Origin: Candidatus Omnitrophota bacterium
GTDB lineage: Bacteria > Omnitrophota > Gorgyraeia > Gygaellales > Profunditerraquicolaceae
NCBI GenBank assembly: GCA_026387355.1
Contig: JAPLLW010000007.1
Coordinates: forward strand, 170,198-234,197
Length of the DNA: 64,000 nucleotides
Direction of reading: 5' to 3'
Numbering within the stretch: position 1 is the first letter of the stretch; each line of letters starts with the position of its first letter. Under the pieces are notes generated by a model. It made no database searches and had not been told where the DNA came from. It saw only the letters and a list, made by a program, of their open reading frames with translations. Both the position numbers and the translations under genes were made by a program. This document shows positions 59,124 to 64,000 of this stretch, piece after piece.

Positions 59124-60486
59124 CGAGTCTTTCTATATCGTCTTCGCCTAAGTAGCTACCGACCTGGACTTCTACGATTCTTACTGGTAAATTAGTTGGA
59201 TTCTCCAAACGATGCTTCATTCCCATTGGGATATAAACACTTCTATTTTTATCAGCAACCCAAACATGCTTTTCTGTAGTTATCTTTGCCTTTCCCGAAA
59301 CAACAACCCAATGTTCAGAACGACTCTTATGCCTTTGCAGACTAAGCCTCTTTTTAGGAGAAACTTCAATAAGTTTAATTTTGAATCCTACGCCTTCTTG
59401 CAGCACGGTAAATGAACCCCAGGGCCTCTTTTCTGTTAAATGCACCAAATGTTCTTTACGATTCAAAACCTTCATCATTTCAACTAACTTCTTAACCGAC
59501 TGAGTTTTACTTCTATCGCAAACAAGCAAAGCGTCAGGCGTATCTGCAATAACTATATCTTTAATCCCAATAGTAGAAACTAACCGATTACCTCTTGAAA
59601 ACACACATACGCCCTGACTATCCAAGTGCAGCACATCTTTATTAGAGATATTACCCTTTTTATCCTTTGGGAAAATCTCTGCAAGTGCATCCCAACTACC
59701 CAAATCCGTCCAATAAAAATTTGCTGGGATAAGCACAATTCGCCTGGAACGCTCCATAATTCCATAATCAACAGATATCGATTCTAGTTTCGGCCAAATC
59801 TTAGAGATATCATTAACTGAGTGAACCAGCTGTAAGTTGGCATACAATTTAGGCAGGTATTTTCTTGATTCCTCTAAGAAAGCCGAAGCCTTCCAGATAA
59901 ACATACCGCTGTTCCAATAAAAATGAGGATCTTTAAAATATTTTCTTGCTTTATTCAAATCCGGCTTCTCCAGAAACTTCTCAACACCTAAATGATTGTT
60001 CTTTTTTCCATTAACCTTAATATAGCCATAACCTGTAGATGGTAAAGTTGGCTTGAATCCTATCGTCACCAAGAAACCTTCCTTAGCAGAAACAATTGCT
60101 TTTTTTAGCGTTTGTTTAAAGTTATTGATATTCTTAATATAGTGATCTGAAGGTAAAACCAAAAGCACTGCGTTTTTATCAATTTGACTGATTAATTTTG
60201 CGCACAACCCAATTGCAGGCGCCGTATTTTTTCCTTCAGGCTCAAGAATAATATTCTTATCAGGAATACGGAACTTGGCAACCTGTGACTTAACCTCATA
60301 GAAGTAAATACTGTTCGTAATAATATAAGTTTGCGCAGGATTTACCAATCCTTTAACTCGCTGGATAGTTGCCTGCAGCAGACTTGTTTCTCCGAGTATC
60401 TTCATAAACTGCTTTGGCTCAAGTTCGCGGCTAAATGGCCAAAATCTGCTCCCCACGCCACCCGCTAAAATCACCGCATAATTCAT
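59086..60486 (-). CDS. manC: bifunctional mannose-1-phosphate guanylyltransferase / mannose-6-phosphate isomerase
   Basis: 'AVILAGGVGSRFWPFSRELEPKQF' nucleotidyltransferase N-terminus and a C-terminal cupin ('SLQRHKSRSEHWVVVSG'). Confidence 0.85.
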   Translation of the reverse strand: MNYAVILAGGVGSRFWPFSRELEPKQFMKILGETSLLQATIQRVKGLVNPAQTYIITNSIYFYEVKSQVAKFRIPDKNIILEPEGKNTAPAIGLCAKLISQIDKNAVLLVLPSDHYIKNINNFKQTLKKAIVSAKEGFLVTIGFKPTLPSTGYGYIKVNGKKNNHLGVEKFLEKPDLNKARKYFKDPHFYWNSGMFIWKASAFLEESRKYLPKLYANLQLVHSVNDISKIWPKLESISVDYGIMERSRRIVLIPANFYWTDLGSWDALAEIFPKDKKGNISNKDVLHLDSQGVCVFSRGNRLVSTIGIKDIVIADTPDALLVCDRSKTQSVKKLVEMMKVLNRKEHLVHLTEKRPWGSFTVLQEGVGFKIKLIEVSPKKRLSLQRHKSRSEHWVVVSGKAKITTEKHVWVADKNRSVYIPMGMKHRLENPTNLPVRIVEVQVGSYLGEDDIERLDDDFKKECRASV

Positions 60487-61448
60487 ATAATATCTCCCTC
60501 CAACTTTTCTCTTACTTTCTTAAACACCTCATCTACCGTAATATCCTCTAATTTATCCTTCTCTATAATCACATGCCCTTCTCCCCACGGCCCCCATCGC
60601 TTAGCAGTCTTTCCGAGTAAATCATTTCTAAATAACGCTATAACCGGCGTCCCTACTGCCGCAGCCAAATGCACAGGCCCGCTATCTCCTGAAACTAGTA
60701 GCTTTGCTTTCTTCAAAACTTCAGCTAGCTCAATTAAGCTAGTCTTACCGGTAAGATTTATGCAAACTTCCTGTAACCTGCTAAAGAAATCTTTATTTCT
60801 TAGCAATTCTTCCTTCCCGCCAATAACCACTATATCCAACCCAACAAGTTTTCTAATTAATTCCTCAAACCTGCCAAGCGGCCATTGTTTAACCGGATCA
60901 CTTGTCCAGGGGTGAATTACCACTATATTAGAACCTTTAACTCCTCCTAATAAATCAGTATCTGCTACCCTTAAGGTAAGGCTCCTATCTTTAGTAGTAG
61001 CTCCTATCAAATTAACCAACTCTAAATTATAATCAACCTCATGCGCTCTGGCCATCTCTTTTTCATCCTTCATCTTGTGCGTAAGCAAGAATCCCCATTT
61101 TCTACTATAGCCAACACGCACAGGTATTCTTGCCAAGAAACTAATCAAATTAAATTCTTTAGAAGGATTAAATATAACAACCAGATCAAATTCCCTACCC
61201 CTAATTAACCCGCTAAACTCGACTACCTCTTTAAACGGATGCTTTTTTTCCTCCCAGATTATTGTATCGTCAACATACTCGATAGCATCAGCCAATTCCA
61301 CAACCTTAGGATTAACAACGATTGTAATGCGGGCTTGCGGAAAACGCTCTTTAAGTGCCCGTAACGCCGGTATGATTAATAAAAACTCACCAAACCTATC
61401 ATTACGCACTACTAAAATGTTTTTTGCCATTTTTCCCTCCAAAGACAC
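60483..61448 (-). CDS. glycosyltransferase family 9 (LPS heptosyltransferase-like)
   Basis: 'ILVVRNDRFGEFLLIIPALRAL' and a C-terminal 'GDSGPVHLAAAVGTPVIALF' region. Confidence 0.7.
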   Translation of the reverse strand: MSLEGKMAKNILVVRNDRFGEFLLIIPALRALKERFPQARITIVVNPKVVELADAIEYVDDTIIWEEKKHPFKEVVEFSGLIRGREFDLVVIFNPSKEFNLISFLARIPVRVGYSRKWGFLLTHKMKDEKEMARAHEVDYNLELVNLIGATTKDRSLTLRVADTDLLGGVKGSNIVVIHPWTSDPVKQWPLGRFEELIRKLVGLDIVVIGGKEELLRNKDFFSRLQEVCINLTGKTSLIELAEVLKKAKLLVSGDSGPVHLAAAVGTPVIALFRNDLLGKTAKRWGPWGEGHVIIEKDKLEDITVDEVFKKVREKLEGDII

Positions 61449-61459
61449 ACTTTAATACT

Positions 61460-62707
61460 TTATGTTTTAGCTTTGTTACAACAAACTTTGTCTGTAAACC
61501 TACTCAAAGAAAGAATAATCCCTATCAAGTACCAGAAAACCATCACTACGCGTGGATAATAAAGGCTGGTTTCGGTCAAACCATTAACCAAAAATGAAAT
61601 TATACAAGCAATCACTGATAAAACGATTACCCTTAGATAATCATCCTTTAATTTACGGTAGGTATTTATTCCTAGCTTAAAAACTTCAAACAGAAACCAT
61701 AAAAAAGAAACCAATCCTAATAAACCAAGCTCTGCAGTTAATTGCATAAAACTATTATGCGCATATATCGAATCTCCGGTTTGTTCATAATCTTTCTCTG
61801 GAAACTTATACTTAGCATAATTCTTAATATATGTATTAACCCCAACACCTACGATAGGATGATGTTTAATCATGTTAAAAGTATTCCTGTAAATACTCAA
61901 GCGATCATAATTAAGCATAAATACGATCGGATTATAGTTAACTTCTTTTGCCCATTTCTTAATATTTTTAGGCATTACAAAAGGGAAAATTACAAGAATA
62001 GCGATTAAACCGACAATTAACCATTTCTTTCTACCCACTATACAAAGAAATAATGTAGTAACAAAAATGGCTAATCCTGTCCCTCTTGCAAATGTCAAAA
62101 ATGCACCTAATAAACCTAAAACCACCGGAAGAATCATGAATACTCTTTGTTTGCCTTTAAAATAAAGTAATGTTAATCCTACAACTAATGGAATTAACGC
62201 TGACATATATACACCAAATACATTTGGATCGGGGAATGAGGCTGATGCACGACGTAAACCTATATTATAATGAACAGCTATCCCGTGAACAAAATCCTGA
62301 CCCAAATAAAACTGCCAAAAGGCATCTATTGAAATAAATACAACGCCACAACAGATTGAAGTTACTATCCTAACAACGTGTTTTCTATCTCTAATTTCTT
62401 CGCCACAAACCAACAGAATTAAGAGATATTTTAAAAGCTTAATTATTCCTTGAAAACTCGTGCCATAGCTTACGGAGTTTATAAAAGAAGCCAGACTAGC
62501 TAAAATTATGCATAGGAAGGATAATAATACCCATTTGTTTATTTTAGGAGATTCTCTTTTTATTACTTTCTTTAAGATATAAAACACAGAAAATATACCA
62601 ATAAAAGCATTGGCCACTCCCGGAGCAATGACTACGGAAAAAGGCATTATAATAACTGACCAATAAATCATAAAATCTGCTATCTTTAGAATCTTCCTCA
62701 TAAACAT
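61460..62707 (-). CDS. O-antigen ligase (WaaL)-family polytopic membrane protein
   Basis: 415 aa with about 10 TM helices and a large periplasmic loop. Adjacent to heptosyltransferases. Confidence 0.55.
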   Translation of the reverse strand: MFMRKILKIADFMIYWSVIIMPFSVVIAPGVANAFIGIFSVFYILKKVIKRESPKINKWVLLSFLCIILASLASFINSVSYGTSFQGIIKLLKYLLILLVCGEEIRDRKHVVRIVTSICCGVVFISIDAFWQFYLGQDFVHGIAVHYNIGLRRASASFPDPNVFGVYMSALIPLVVGLTLLYFKGKQRVFMILPVVLGLLGAFLTFARGTGLAIFVTTLFLCIVGRKKWLIVGLIAILVIFPFVMPKNIKKWAKEVNYNPIVFMLNYDRLSIYRNTFNMIKHHPIVGVGVNTYIKNYAKYKFPEKDYEQTGDSIYAHNSFMQLTAELGLLGLVSFLWFLFEVFKLGINTYRKLKDDYLRVIVLSVIACIISFLVNGLTETSLYYPRVVMVFWYLIGIILSLSRFTDKVCCNKAKT

Positions 62708-63384
62708 CTCCCGAACAATCTAAATTTAAACATCGCTAAAACAGCCCAGAAAGCATCCGTTACCCTAATTTTCTTTCCCTCATGGTAAGAGCGCGGAAAG
62801 TAAGAAATGTGCACTTCTTTAATTCTAATCTTGTTAATTAAGGCCTTGCAAATAATCTCTACTTCGCTATCAAAACCAATTGTCTTAAGCTTAAAAGAAT
62901 TAAAAATATCCCTACGCGTAAGTTTATAACAAGTTGCGTAATCACTGATATTCGCACAAAAAAGAAAATTAACCATGAAGGTAAGGAATTTATTACCTGC
63001 TACGTGCATAAACAAACCCTTATAACCTTTAAAAAACCTTGCACCCAAAACCATATCCGCGCTACCATCTTTTATAGCATCAAATAAAACAAGATAATCA
63101 TTTGGGTCATACTCGAGATCAGCGTCCTGGATAATAACATATTCCCCTATAGCATTATTTAAGCCAGTTATGCAAGACGCCCCCTTACCGCGATTAGAAC
63201 TATGATAAATAATCTTAAGGTTATCGTAGCGCAATTCACTTAATATTTTTTGCGTACCGTCAGTTGAGCAATTATCTACAACGATTATCTCTTTTTCAAT
63301 ATTAACCGCATGAACTTTCTCAATTAGCTGCTTAACTGTCTTAGCTTCATTATAAACTGGAATAATTACTGATAACAAAGGCAT
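62698..63384 (-). CDS. glycosyltransferase family 2 (polyprenyl-phosphate sugar synthase-like)
   Basis: 'LSVIIPVYNEAKTV...IVVDNCSTDGT' and 'IIQDADLEYDP'. Confidence 0.75.
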   Translation of the reverse strand: MPLLSVIIPVYNEAKTVKQLIEKVHAVNIEKEIIVVDNCSTDGTQKILSELRYDNLKIIYHSSNRGKGASCITGLNNAIGEYVIIQDADLEYDPNDYLVLFDAIKDGSADMVLGARFFKGYKGLFMHVAGNKFLTFMVNFLFCANISDYATCYKLTRRDIFNSFKLKTIGFDSEVEIICKALINKIRIKEVHISYFPRSYHEGKKIRVTDAFWAVLAMFKFRLFGRCL

Positions 63385-63446
63385 AAAACCCCCATCCTAC
63401 ATCACTCCAAGAACCTTGCGTCGTTACTCTATATTTAAATCTATAA

Positions 63447-63980
63447 TTACTTACTAAAATTCGGCTCGTGCAATTTTTCTAATACGTAAAGACTGTTTAA
63501 TCCAAGTTGGAATAACTTAAAGTTATTCACTTTCAATCCACTCGACCTTGCTAAATCATAAATTTCATTTGGAATATAATAGTGCTTATGATCAGAAACA
63601 TTGTCAGCAACTAATTTGAATTTAAAAGCAATAAATTCCAAAATTGGTTTACACTGAAGTGTTGGAGTAGTTATAATTACGCGTCCATTCTTTTTTAAAA
63701 TTCTAGAAAACTCCAAAAAAAGAGCCACGACATCTTTTATTTCAATATGTTCTAGAACGGCAAGCAAAAAAACTTTATCAAAAAAATCATCTTTTAAAGG
63801 TAAATTACCTTGATATCTGTAATTTAATAAAACTAAATTCTCATTCTGCTGATTTACTATATCATAATCTAACCCATAGCCAAGTTTAAATTTATGTTTG
63901 AAATTAGTAAGTAGGTAATGCTGGACACCGCATCCAATATCAAGAATAACATCACCTTTTTCCACATACTTAGTCACCAC
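63447..63980 (-). CDS. class I SAM-dependent methyltransferase
   Basis: 'VILDIGCGVQHY' motif I. The ORF runs close to the window edge, so the start is uncertain. Confidence 0.55.
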   Translation of the reverse strand: MVTKYVEKGDVILDIGCGVQHYLLTNFKHKFKLGYGLDYDIVNQQNENLVLLNYRYQGNLPLKDDFFDKVFLLAVLEHIEIKDVVALFLEFSRILKKNGRVIITTPTLQCKPILEFIAFKFKLVADNVSDHKHYYIPNEIYDLARSSGLKVNNFKLFQLGLNSLYVLEKLHEPNFSK

Positions 63981-64000
63981 AGATAAACGATACTTTGAAA

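Noticed and set aside
1-64000. CRISPR array, rRNA or tRNA genes, and complete IS/transposase or phage genes
   Set aside because: No spacer-repeat periodicity, no rRNA or tRNA hallmark sequences, and no transposase, integrase or capsid-like ORFs were seen. The only mobile-looking entities are the palindromic mini-repeats.

Overview
The window is 64 kb from an AT-rich bacterial chromosome; nothing was computed, and base composition is judged by eye. It looks like an uncultivated Gram-negative (diderm) lineage. The evidence is LPS-core heptose genes (gmhB, two GT9 heptosyltransferases, a WaaL-like ligase) and an exosortase-associated TIGR04073-like protein. All of the roughly 60 supportable protein-coding genes are on the minus strand. 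No rRNA, tRNA or CRISPR array was found.

The window has three blocks:
(i) 1-24.2 kb is a very AT-rich surface-glycan cluster. It holds a phosphoglycosyl transferase, several GT2, GT4 and GT11 glycosyltransferases, a GT-C transferase next to a UbiA/DPPR-synthase-like gene, a radical SAM protein, an FkbM and another methyltransferase, an AsnB-type amidotransferase, a CDP-alcohol phosphatidyltransferase, a sugar nucleotidyltransferase, a Wzy-like protein and an MsbA-like ABC exporter.
(ii) 25-53 kb is a housekeeping block: purC, GTP-PEPCK, trxB, lipA, def, panD, ackA, pta plus a separate Pta-N-domain gene, trxA, gap, two GalT-like genes, fmt and priA. A regulatory island at 40-45 kb interrupts it.
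(iii) 53-64 kb is an LPS-core/heptose-type cluster: GT28, gmhB, GT2, a GT87-like protein, DegT, two GT9, manC, a WaaL-like ligase, GT2 and a methyltransferase.

The most notable content:
(a) an ECF sigma factor, a zf-HC2 anti-sigma factor and a CHAT-protease/TM/TPR protein in one operon, resembling the Csx29-Csx30-RpoE logic of type III-E CRISPR but with no cas genes;
(b) a family of perfect palindromic mini-repeats (core GGGGTCAGAATTAATTCTGACCCC) at four intergenic or intragenic sites, one inserted in-frame into priA;
(c) a PriA that lacks Walker A and B motifs;
(d) a strong promoter, a ~300-nt hairpin-rich RNA, an intrinsic terminator and a tiny basic ORF upstream of a small gene;
(e) tandem GalT-like genes in which the intact copy has lost the nucleophilic His and the canonical copy is frameshifted.
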